DNA of 64,000 nucleotides, from NCBI GenBank assembly GCA_010356995.1, contig ML996701.1, positions 364,963 through 428,962 on the forward strand, in the 5' to 3' direction. The notes below the pieces were generated by a model that saw nothing but the letters and a program-made list of their open reading frames with translations, was not told the origin of the DNA and made no database searches. The translations under genes were made by a program, and so were the position numbers. The DNA comes from Trichodelitschia bisporula (Eukaryota). Below are positions 11,671-23,117 of the stretch, piece after piece. How positions within the stretch are numbered: the stretch's first letter is position 1; the number at the start of each line of letters is the position of its first letter.

Positions 11671-12339
11671 ATGGATGACGCTGCCCTCGAAGACGTGCTG
11701 CTGCAAACGCTGGACCTGCTAGCATGGCGTCTGCGTAGACTGGAGTTTGTGCTCGACGGTCGCGTCATAGAAGTAGAAGGCACAGAGGACCGCAAGACGC
11801 CATCAGTACCCGTTGTACCTCGACTCCAAAGGCTTGAGAGCACGCTACAACAACTCGCATCGCGCTCGGAGGTGGTTTCCGACCTCCTCAAGCTCCGTAC
11901 GTGCATCACGACGTGTTCAACTCAGCTAACAGCTCCAGAATCACAACACCCCAACATCTTCACCGAGGACGAGCCCAAGGACGCCTCGTCAGAGCCAGAC
12001 ACCACGCAGCAGCTCGCCATGGTCCTCACCGACGCGCCGCGCTTCTCGACCATCACATCGCAGCTCCGTTCGCTCAGCGACTTCTCCGTGCCCCCTACTA
12101 GCGCCTTCGCGTCCGTCATCGCCCTGCAGCCGCGCCTTGCACAGCTTGAGGAGCAACAGTACCGACAGGCTATGGAGATATCCGAGCTGCGTAAGCGCAC
12201 CGGGGCGCTGGTGCTGCAGTGGCATGAGCTGTTCATTCTTGGGCAGGGACAGTGCTGGGCGGAATGGGACACGAGGCTGCGAAATGCGGAACGGTCGGTT
12301 AGGAGAGAAGAGGTTCGACGGATGGAGGACGGAGTGTGA
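11671..12339 (+). CDS. ro-10: Nuclear distribution protein RO10 / dynactin p24-like
   Basis: ATG 11671, TLDLLAWRLRRLEFVL, coiled-coil character and C-terminal GQGQCWAEWDTRLRNAERSVRREE. Putative 42-nt intron at 11897-11938. Confidence 0.78.
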   Translation: MDDAALEDVLLQTLDLLAWRLRRLEFVLDGRVIEVEGTEDRKTPSVPVVPRLQRLESTLQQLASRSEVVSDLLKLRTCITTCSTQLTAPESQHPNIFTEDEPKDASSEPDTTQQLAMVLTDAPRFSTITSQLRSLSDFSVPPTSAFASVIALQPRLAQLEEQQYRQAMEISELRKRTGALVLQWHELFILGQGQCWAEWDTRLRNAERSVRREEVRRMEDGV

Positions 12340-15012
12340 GGCCCTGCTAGGAAGACCGAATGCGGGGTGCATTTTAGGCTTGGGCTGAAGAATTCGACGC
12401 ATGGAGAATGCAACTATGGCGTGGCCCAGCCTGATGCAGACTCAACACCAGCGTTACCGGGCGCAAGGCAGATGAGAGGCAGAATTTCTGGAGCAGCGGG
12501 CGATGGTCGGCGGCACAGAAAGAACGGCTCTTCGTTGTAGCCGGTATGCAGGATATCAGGCAGTGTCTGCGATGGCTATCGACCGGGACGCGCGGCGCTT
12601 GATGCACGACTCCTCATGCGGTACCGGCCATTCACCTCTTTGCAAGGGCCTTTCTTCGCTTGGCATCAAACCAGCCCCATACATTTACAGAAGTATGCCT
12701 TGCTTAAGCATGGCTGCCTGAGAGCCTTGGTCGGTCGAAGTCCAGAACCGGCGCTTCAGATCAAGTTCTGATGATAACGGTTAGTGCGACGATAGATGAG
12801 TTGTTCATGCCGACCATATTCACATGATTGCCACGCGAAAAGCAGAATCAAGTCTCGTCACTTCCGACTCTCTGAGAGTAAATGGTACGTAGGTGATGAT
12901 GCGCACTTTGTGCTAGATGTTTTGCTGTGTTTATAGCCTGGCGGCGGCGAGTGGCTGAGGTGGCTTCCTGTAAGGCTCTGCTTCGAACGGCTCCAACCAA
13001 TCCAACCATTTGCACTCCTCCACAATACCTCAGCCCTACCATCTTGAAATGGCAATCAAGCTTCGTCTCCAAATAAGCCCCGCCTCAAGACCAGTGCACG
13101 TTTTACAGGCCAAGATGATGCGGGTGGCGGTTCAGGTACGCCGCACCGGGCCGCTGCGTATCCGAAGCGGCCGCGTTTCACCCGTGTCGCGGCGAACAGT
13201 CTGTGCGTTTAGAGATTTCAAAGACACGGCTACGTGACATCACGTCGACATCATGGCCTTTCCTACGGCCGCAACGACGATGCATGAGCGTGGTGAGCGT
13301 AGAACCCGATGCGGAATCAATTCTACCGTGGCACTCGGTCCACTCATTGGGACTCTGGGAGCACGAGGCGGCTGTGGGACGCGGGCAGGCGCCGGTCTTG
13401 CGGCAAGCCGCGTACGGTAGCGCCTAGTACCTCTTCACAAGAACTTCTGTGCGATGGGCGAAGACGAAAGGTGTTCCTGGGGTAGGGCGGCCGTGTACAA
13501 GCTTATAGGCAATTGTTCAGACGCGAGTTTTCGTTATCGCTGCGTGTCACTGTCTCGTGCGATGCGCAACGTGGATGGGTGACGGGCTGGCGGGGCCGTC
13601 CTGGACCCTGGCAGCTAAAATTAATTCGAAATTGGACGACGGGCGCGCGGGGCCCTGGACCTTGTCGCCGCCTGTTTGATTGTTATTCTCTTTTGCTCCA
13701 AGGCCACGCGTGTGAGGAAGGCGAACGGTGACGACGGTGGGGTAAAATGTGAGGTTGGTGTACGGCAGAGGAAGGGCCGTGGGGAGGGCCGATTTGTGGG
13801 GGGGAATCTGCGTACCCGCGCGGTAGGTTTGCGCTGGCGGCTCGTTCAATGACGATGGGCGTATTGTACGTAGAGGGATGTCGATTGGTGGTTCTGTAGC
13901 TATTTTTCTTTGGTGCGGTTTGTCTGGTGGGTTGGTTTGTTGCAGGGCTCTCGAAGGGGCGTCGAGCCAGTGGAGAGTGGTGAGCGGAGAACCGTGAGAC
14001 TCGGCGGGCATGCGCTGGGCCTGGCGGGCGGGTGAAACGCCTTGGCTCTCTTTGGGCTTGGGGTTGGATTGAGGAGTGAGGAGTGAGAGGAAGGGGGATG
14101 ATTTGGCATGGGGATAGCGATTATTCTAGAGTAGTGCGAGAATTGACACGCGGAACAAGCGTGCCTGCATTAGCAGAAGGATTCGAGTGGGCGAAGAGTC
14201 GACAGTGAAGTCGAGTCGCGACGACAAATGATGCTGGTGATCTGATCCTCTCTGCCTCTTCATTTTCATCGTCCCTTCTCGTCCTCTGTCTCATCTTCAA
14301 CCCAATTCCATCCATACTCGAACTTCGACACTCAACACCACCACACCCCTTTGTTTATTCCCTCTCTTCCTTTCATCCCCTTCTGCCCCCTCTCTTGACT
14401 GTCACTCTCTCTCATTCCCCTAGTCAGCAGCAACACTTCTCTTACATCACACCTGCACACACCCTTCTCTGCACCAAGTGTTTCCCAAACCACACCCCTT
14501 TGGTTTCAGACCGTCCGCATCGGATCTGCACTGCACTCGCTCTCTCCCCTTCGAAACCATAGCAGCAGCATCGTCTGGTGGCCCGGCGCCCTCTTTGCAC
14601 GCTTCTTGTTTCGACCGCCTCTCACTCTTTGGCCTCCCTTTCGCTTCTAGGAAACCTTTGACCTTTCACCTCGTCCTTTTGCCACACTCTCTGTCCGTGT
14701 GCACCCTATCGTTCGGTGTGCCAAAGGATAAAACACATAAAACAAAACTCGGGACTAGTACTCGAGGCAGTCGAGACGACAGGCTCACAAGTGAACCTGC
14801 ACGGCGCGTCACCTCCCTCCACGTCGGGACCTCCCCACTTCACTCCTGCCTTCTCTGTGTGTCGGAGCCAACGAGTTGCCTTCAACACAACGCACACTCA
14901 GCCCTCTCACCTCTTAACGACTCGCAGCCCTCTTTTTCCCCTACACCCCTCCCCTTCCTCCCCTCGTTCCTTTCTTATGCAACACTACAGCTCCACCACT
15001 TCGATTCGCAAA

Positions 15013-16055
15013 ATGGAGGGTGCAAGTCGCTACAACGAAGGTCCACGCTTCAGCTTCGGGCGTATCATCGGCGACCCATTTGCTCTCGCTACTATCTCTA
15101 TCGCTATTGTGAGCATCGCGCGCGCAACTCATTGTCGCGCTCATCCGCTAACGTCGCACAGCTCGCCTGGCTCATCGCCTTTGTCAGCTCCGTCATCGCC
15201 GACGTGAATGGCCTCTTCCCCAACTTCGCCTGGTGGGCGCTGGTCTACATGTTTTTCTGCATTCTTGGTGTCCTTGTCACAGTCGCTTCCGATGCTGAGC
15301 AAACGTACAACGTGGCCGTGAGTTGTAGCCTTGGTCGCGCTTTGCGCCCGCTTACACTTGGCAGATCGTCGGCTTCCTGGGTGCCGCCCTTGTCTTCACC
15401 ACGTCCGCCGTGAACACTCTCGTCTACTCATCTAGTGGCGCGAAGGAGGCGTCGGCCGCGGGCTTCATCCTGCTGTCCATGGTCGCGGTACGCTAGTTTG
15501 CCCCAGATGCAATCCCCCTGCTGACAGCCCCAGATCGTCTGGATCTTCTACTACGGCTCGAAGCCCAATGCCAGCCATCGCGCCTATGTCGACTCGTTCG
15601 CCTTGCACAAGGAGAAGCCTTCGAACCGCAATTCGCGCAACGCCTCCAACGTGTACAGCACCCGGCCCGATCCGAACCTGAACAACCCACCCCAGATGTA
15701 TACCTCGGCGCAGCTCAACGGCTTCGAGACTTCGTCCCCCGTTTCCGGTTACCACGGCGGCCCGATCGGCGGCACCATGGATCGCAACTCCACCCAACCG
15801 CGCTTCAACACTGGCACTACCGGCGCCCAGGGCTCCACGCTGGCGCCTGAGCCCGAGCAGTCGGCTCCGACCGAGTACCCCTACCGCGCGAAGGCCATCT
15901 ACTCGTACGAGGCGAACCCAGACGATGCCAACGAAATCAGCTTCCAAAAGCACGAAATCCTCGAGGTGTCAGACGTCAGCGGCCGGTGGTGGCAGGCGAA
16001 GAAGGAGAACGGAGAGACGGGCATCGCGCCGAGCAACTACCTCATCCTGTTGTGA
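15013..16055 (+). CDS. SHO1: High-osmolarity signalling sensor Sho1 (4 TM + C-terminal SH3), 4 exons
   Basis: [46 protein letters not shown], and SH3 [21 protein letters not shown]...[19 protein letters not shown]. Confidence 0.96.
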
Positions 16056-16740
16056 TGGGTGTTTGCTCGACGGCCTGCTTACGACCTCATGCTTTCTTCC
16101 TTCTACCTTGCTGCGTATTTGCTGGGCTCTGCAGCATATTGCTGGATTCTTATTAGCAGCACCCACTAGACATCCTTCGTGTCAGTGCTCCTCACGCGAC
16201 AGCTTTTCCCATTTCTTCGGGCAGCGATTCTTATCCAAAAATACCCCTTCGTGCTCGGCCCTAGATTCCAGTGTCCTTTGATCTTTCCCCTTTGCTGGGC
16301 TTTCGCTCTGGGAGAGTCGCCTGTGGGCATGCGTGTCTCGGCAGGAAATGGCGCTTTTCAGATTTTTTTCGAGTGTTCTAGCTAGCTACTGCCCGAGATC
16401 GGTGTATATCGGGTAGGCGATGTACTGTATGTGGGTCTGCTATTTGTGCGGAGGTTGGGGGTCTGGGAAAGTGCGTCAGATGGGCTCCGGCGGCGGCGGC
16501 GGCGTTAAATGGTTGTAATTGCGGTACTTCGTGCTAGGCGATCAGGTTGAATTGAATGGCTAACGTAAACTCAGTGCTGTGACTGTGCTGTGATAAGCGG
16601 TGGGGATGGAGTGAGTTTCATATTATGGCTTTTGAGCTAACCTGGAGTAGACGTCGGGCACCACTTCACGATATCAAAAAATCGTCGAATCATACTCCGG
16701 CCGCTTTACAACTACATATCCCGCTATCAACCGCTCCCGC

Positions 16741-18109
16741 CTACAGCTTCGCCCTGACCTTCCCAAAGCTCTGCATAACCGCCTTCTCAAACTGCGCATT
16801 AAGCCCAAAACTCAGCTCGTCGCCCGGCGGAATCAACTGGCTGAAATAACACCCACAAACCCCATCCGCCGGACTAATCCACCAGAACAAATTTGGATAC
16901 CCGCCCCACTGCATCCCGCCTGACTCCCTCCCCGCACTCCCTATCGGATCTAAATTCACCAGTCCCCCAAGGCCGTAATCGACCACAACCCCTTCCCTTG
17001 CTAAGCTGCCAGCGAGGCCGAAACTCTCCGGCCGAAGCAGGATGCTACGCATGGCTGCGCGCCCCGCGCCCCCGAGCTGCGGCGCGAACATCTCGCGCAT
17101 GGTCTCCGGCTTGAGCAGTGTCCCGTCGTTGCGCAGCACTGCGACGAGGAGCTTAATATAATCCGCCGCGCAGCTCGTCAGGCCGCCGCCCCCACCCTCT
17201 TTCACGCCAGGCGGGATCACACTCGGCCCGTTGAACCCACGGACTAGGCGTCCGTCGGATTTCCGGATAGCCATGCTTGCCAGCCGCCCGTCGGAGTCGG
17301 GGATGCGGGCGGGGTAGAAGCTGGTTTGCGTCATGCCCAGCGGTGCAAATATACGCGTCTGGAAGTAGGACTCGAGGGATTGTCCGCTGGCCCGCGAGAC
17401 TGCGATCCCAGCCCAGTCAACGCCGTACCCGTAAACCCACCCGCTGCCCGGCGCGAAAACGAGCGGGACGGCGTACGCCTCCGCTGGATCGGGGGACTGG
17501 AGTTTAGATTTGCCAGCTGGGTCGTGGGAGAGTGACCAGGCGCGCCAGGCGCCCAGGGCGGGGTGTGTGAATTCATACGCTATGCCCGAGGAGTGGGTTA
17601 ACAGGTGGCGGAGGGTGATGGGGGCGGTGTTAGGTGTGGTTTGGGGCGGGGTGGGGTCGGAGGGGGAGGGGGCGCGGCCGGTGAGGATGTGAGCGGAGCC
17701 GAGTTCGGGGAGGGTGGTGAGGGTTATGTCGGTGTCTAGGGAGAGGAGACCGGCTTCGACGCATTGGAGGGCGGCGATGGTGGTGGGGAGTTTGGTGCAG
17801 GAGGCGATGCGGCAGAGGGTTTGGGGGGTGAAGGGGATGGGTTGGGAGGTTTTTGAGATGGTGGTGCCGGCGCTGTGGGTGTAGAGGATTGTGCCTGCTG
17901 ATGTTAGAGCTAGTAGGCTGTGGGCGAGGGCGGTGTGGGAGGGAAGGGACAGCCGGTCAGAGGAAGGGACGACCGACAAGGCTACACGTACCATTTGCGT
18001 CGGCGGCGATCACGGCAGCGTTGGGGATGGTGTTCGCGTCATCGGGCCCGCCGGCGGCGCGGTCCAGCACACGGTTGAAGGCAGCCAGTGGTGGTGGGAT
18101 GGGAGCCAT
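16741..18109 (-). CDS. Beta-lactamase/transpeptidase-like serine hydrolase (LovD/EstB-like), 2 exons
   Basis: Exon 1 from ATG 18109 (MAPIPPPLAAF...). SCTK (SxxK), LRHLLTHSSG, YGYGVDWAG and WGG motifs. Ends AKL*. Confidence 0.9.
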
Positions 18110-20338
18110 GGTGGTGATGCCGTTTGGTAGCAACGTGACGCCGTGGAGATTTGGATGATGATGTGGAGTCCGACATTGGTGGCCTTTGTATCAGCCGAGG
18201 CTGAGGCTCGGGCCGGGCGGGGATAGGGTTGACACTATCAGGTTTGTAGCTATAGTGTGGGTGCTATTGAATTACGGTGTGGGGGTAGGAAGGTGGTGTA
18301 CGGGAGGTCAGTATAGGGCAAGGTGATGCAAGCCGGGCCCGTGGGAGGTGGAATTGGGAGTGGGGTTCGAGGTTGGGTCTAGCTCGTGACAGACGGGTAC
18401 GAGTAGTTGCTTTGGGGAGTCCAGCCTTGTTCACCATGTCACATTGGGCAGTGGTACGGCAATGATCAAGGAATCTCACGCGAGGCTCACATCAATCTTG
18501 CATCTGCTGCTGTATATTCCCCGGATATGCCCCCTTGGCCTATCTCCGTATCGGACCCTGAATATCACCAGGAGAGCGAAGTCGGGATCCATAACTCGGC
18601 CACGATAGTGCTTGGTAGATTCCAAGAGAAAGCCGCAACGCCAACATTCGAAGTTCGGGGGCGGCCTGCTCGTCTTCATATCTTCTGAGTGGCGTCAAGG
18701 CCATCGGCATGTGTTAAATGATTGAAACCCATGGAAGAGGGATTGCTCGCGCTCCCGAGGTGGAAGAGCCATTTCACCCGTCCCTCAACAAGCCACGATC
18801 TCCGCCTTCCAACGGGCTAGTCTTGCAGATCGATCTCCCCTTGAGCACTACGTACGTACTCGAGATTTCAGTACCATCCCAGGCACGGGGAACAGGCCGG
18901 GCAGCAACAATCACAAGCGTAGGCGAAGAAACCTACAGTGCCATTCCTGTAGCAACATCAAACCCCACAAACAGTCCCACAAACCTCACCATGCAAAACA
19001 AACAGCACCGGCGCGCTCCGGGGAAGCGAAAGGGCCGAGCCCAACCGCCCATGTCGAATCGGGCTTCCAGCGCGAACATGGTTCATCAGATGGAAACCGC
19101 TAGCGTGAGCGGGGCAAGCGATGCCCGGGGGTGGATCTGCGAGATTGATTAGTTTAGCATGCGGGGCCTAGTGGCCGTGGATCCGCGGTTCATGGTGCCC
19201 GATGCCGGTAGATTGGGGATTGGGTGGGGTTTGGTGAAGATGCTGAGAATTGATGATACTGGCAAAGGATAGTGGTGGCGGTTGAATGGGAATATATGTT
19301 TTTCTTTTGACGTGAGTAGCCAACTGTTCTACACCGTCCTCTTAAGCCATAATACAGTAAGGCTTGAGCGGTCTTTGGTGCATAAAGTTATCCATGAGCT
19401 TGGTTGGCCTGTTTCCTGTAGGGGAGTTCGTTCCAGTTGTTCCTTCGAGGCTAACCAGGGCCCGCGGATATGCCGTCATGGGATGCGAAGATTCTGTCAC
19501 GACGGATACGAGTTCCAACGAACATCTAAAGGCAATCTACTACCAACACCAACCATCTCTTCTCCCATGGCTAAAGCACGACTCAGAACGAATGATCATC
19601 TACTCTACAATGAGCTTAACGGTACCACCCGGAAAAATCTCATCGTATCCATCCAGGCGAGCTCTTCTAAACGCCGCGAAACCACCTTGGATCAAACGTG
19701 ACAGCCCTCCCCATCCGATCTCGTGCCCTGCCATATCGGCTGAAGCAGATCTGAGGACAAGATCTGGAACCGAGATGCATGAATCTCAGCCTCAGTACCC
19801 GCAAGTATGGTCGAATACGTCCCCCGCTGAGCTCATCCAAAGGGCATTACTCCACCTGTCAATACCTCAAGGCTAGGCACTCGGGGAAAGCAACGCGAAG
19901 CCCGTCCACGGTCTCCGCTCGCATCTCCGCTGTTGAAGGGTACTAGCATTGCCGCGCCCATGCCCTTCAGCCCCATCAGATGAACAGACGCTCGAGCCGA
20001 GCCCGGTGCGAGCCTGCGATCAGATACACCCCTTTGCCGCTTCGTTTCATCTCCCGAGCAGGGGACACCGCTACACAAGCTTAGCATTCCCCCCAAGCAC
20101 TGTGCGTTAATTGCGCGTGGAGAATGAAGCCTTCCCACTCAGGCCGTCCAGATTGGCCCGTTGCTTGCCAAACACCCACTCTCGCGACTGCGTCCGATTA
20201 GCACCCCAGTCCCTGACAGCAGGCCCTTCGCATCGTGTGCCCGCCTCTCCGATTCCTATATCTGCACTCGTGCCGCGCAACCTGGCTCTCCACAGTCACT
20301 CCTTTTGACCTCCTTTCGTTTTTCGCACCCAACCCGTC

Positions 20339-21319
20339 ATGGTTTCCCACACGGCAGTTCTGGCCCTCTGGCTGACCCCCTTCTTCGCCGCCCTGGCCAC
20401 CGCTCAAATCGCCGGGCAATGCACCGGTACGCGCATTCACTCTCCTTCGTAACCCACCTAACCCCTCTTCACAGGCCAGTCCTGCTATGTCGCCGAGCTC
20501 GCCGGCTCCACTCCTGAGCCGTATAAGATGAAAGGTGGCAAGAAGCCGACCGGTGGCAACCCCACGGGGGACCGGTGTATCAAGGAGAACTACAAGAAGC
20601 TCGGCCTGCCTCCACCGGAAGGCCTGCGGCGTTATCTGCGCGGCGAAGCCGGTCTAGACAGCTTATCCTCCCCGGCCGACTTCAGCTTGCCCTCTGAGTT
20701 CTCGTCCGATGCGACGAGTGAGGTGGAGGCAGACGCGCTGGCGCCGGATCAGGGCTCGTGCAAGCCGGTCACGATTCTCTTTGGGCGTGGGACGACGGAG
20801 TCGGGCATACCCGACGCTCTGGGAGGAACAGTTGGCCCCGCTCTAAGAACCCAGGCGACGAAGAAGGGCTGGGCGATTGAGGGCATCAAGTACGATGCCA
20901 GCCTGGCGGGAATCTACTGTCTTGGCATGCCCGGGGGTGTTGCGTGCATAGATCAGCTCAGCAAGCTGGTCCAGCGGTGCCCGAATACCAAGGTCATTTT
21001 GAGTGGGTACAGTCAGGGCGCTATGGTGGCGCGCATTTGTGCCGCTTGGTCGAAGGAGCCGGCGCAGAAGCAGATTGCTGTGAGTATCCTTTGATCTTCG
21101 GTAGGATGATGGCTAATGGGTTAGGGTCTGGCGCTCTTCGGGGACCCGTTCAACGGCGCGGCGGTCAAGGGCGTCCCGAAGGAGAACGTCAAGACGTGGT
21201 GCACCTCTGGCGATGGCGTGTGCAAGGGCGACTTCTCCATCAGTGCGGCGCATCTGGCGTACACTTCGGGGAGCACGATCAGCGGGGCTGTCTCGTGGAT
21301 GGCTACGAAGGCCCAGTAA
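20339..21319 (+). CDS. Secreted cutinase (CE5), 3 exons
   Basis: Signal peptide MVSHTAVLALWLTPFFAALATA, GRGTTE, GYSQG nucleophile, LFGDP, CTSGDGVC and AHLAY. TAA at 21317-21319. Confidence 0.92.
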
Positions 21320-22984
21320 ACGGGTCTAGAGCTGGATTAGATGGGGCGATGGCCTCGTAGTCAGCCTTTTGTCGGCATAATACTGCTGTAAAATAAGTAT
21401 CCTTCAAAGAATACAGCGGCTGTCATTTGCGGGATGTGTTCAGGAATTACAGATGCCGTCCTCTAAGCGAAATGGTGCTCTTCCCAGTGGAGGCATTATC
21501 GGCAGCTTCCCCTACTCGGGACTGTCAGCTTCAACCTCCGTACCGGAAGCGCCAGCGCCGTGGCCTTCCCGGTCTTGTGAGCCACGCAGCTTGTATCTTT
21601 GGATGTCCCTCTAACCATTCCACATCATCACTAGCTTTGTCGACTCGGCTAGCTGATCGCCCCTTCCGACGTGACGCCGCTCGGCCGACGTTGGTTATCC
21701 GGATCTTCTTCCTGGCATATTTTTATCGGCAGTAGGCCCTCGGCGATGGCCGTACTAGGCCCAGTGTCATCCTACTTTGCGCGGAGGGTCGGTGGTCGCC
21801 CAAGTGTCCTTTCCGGCCACTACGCTCCCGGTATCGGATGGGCGTGCGTGTTGTCGTCGGGATAGAGGATTGGTCCGGCTTTGTTCGTGGGTGTACTGGC
21901 AGGCACCTCCGTTCTGGCACTTCCGTGCAGATCACTGGCCGCGGAGGCTTCTGGTGGAGCGAGGTGGGCGGTAGATGTCCAATCTGATGACCAGAGCCGG
22001 GAGGACATCCTTGAATTGTCGTCTGGCCAGGGACTGCGAGAGGGCCTTCATGCCTGTTTGGTTTGAGTGTAGGGTGAAATTGGGGAAGCTCGAACGCGTT
22101 TAAAGTGGGTTGACTGAACCTGGGATCCTTACGGAAACTGCCGTCCAGTCAATGGCATTCCAGCAGAGACCAAATTCATGCACCAAAGGAGATCCAGCTT
22201 TGTAAGATGCATCAGGTCACTTGAGAATACATCCTGTTTGTAAGTCAGAGTCTGTTGCTCCTATTCTTCGGGACGACTGGTCCTCAACCTTGCAGAGATA
22301 TATGCTATCCCCAGTGATCGTAGGCCTGAAGTCGTGCGTCTTCGATAGCGGAGGCCGGCATCAAGTAAGGTAAAGTCCCAATGATAGGACAACCTCGGGT
22401 TACTTTGAGTACAGCTCCGCAGTTCAGCGGGCAGCCCTCTCCCAACCTATATCTGGAGAGGAAGACACTCAGCCTGTCCCCAGATCAAGACACCAGTTGT
22501 GGCCGGAGCTGCTTCGGGTACTTGGAAAACGACCAACGGTTCGGCTTTTTATGATATCAGGCAACCGTTGATGACCGGTGGACATTTCCGGCAAAGCACG
22601 ACGCTGTGATCCGAATGCCGATACGGAATACCCGATGCTCAAATCGGCCCTCTTCTTGACTAGTGGCCGCGTCGCTGGGCATGGTTCCTCCAGGACTGCG
22701 ATGGGGACCCCAACAGGAAGTGCATCAAGGCTTCCGTGAATTAGGCAGTGGTGGACTACACCAGGGAAAACATCGAAAGGCCTTTCCATGGCAAGGCCCA
22801 GTGATACGAGATCCGTGGACCGGGTCAGTGGATGTCTGGGCTGTCACGAGCGGGATCCTGAATCCGAGGGAAACGACCGGTTGATATCCTGACAAGTTGG
22901 CAGGTAACGCTCGCCGTCTCGGATGTCGAGTAGTGACCCGGGTACGGCGGTAATGAACGTCGTGGTACATGACTGGCTGGAGCG

Positions 22985-23117
22985 GGAGCTGCTGTGCCCA
23001 TAAGTTGAAGGCGGATGATACGGACCTCGAAGCTTCACCAAAAGCTCTGGGTCATAACCGAGCTCCTCCTAGATAGCTTGAAGCTGTTGTCGGCCACTGC
23101 AAAGGATAGCTAAACAT
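22985..23117 (-). pseudogene. Possible disabled F-box-like gene remnant
   Basis: Mosaic across frames: MFSYPLQWP../LQAI*EELGYDPELLVKLR/VSSAFNLWAQQL. Resembles the F-box pattern but has a stop and frameshifts. Confidence 0.25.

Noticed and set aside
14478..15012. 311-aa ORF overlapping SHO1
   Set aside because: It is a composite of pyrimidine-rich leader, intron and SHO1 exon 2, not a separate gene.
18200..20300. ORFs of 139-170 aa between the hydrolase and the cutinase
   Set aside because: No motifs or coding-like bias; most likely spurious ORFs in a divergent intergenic region.
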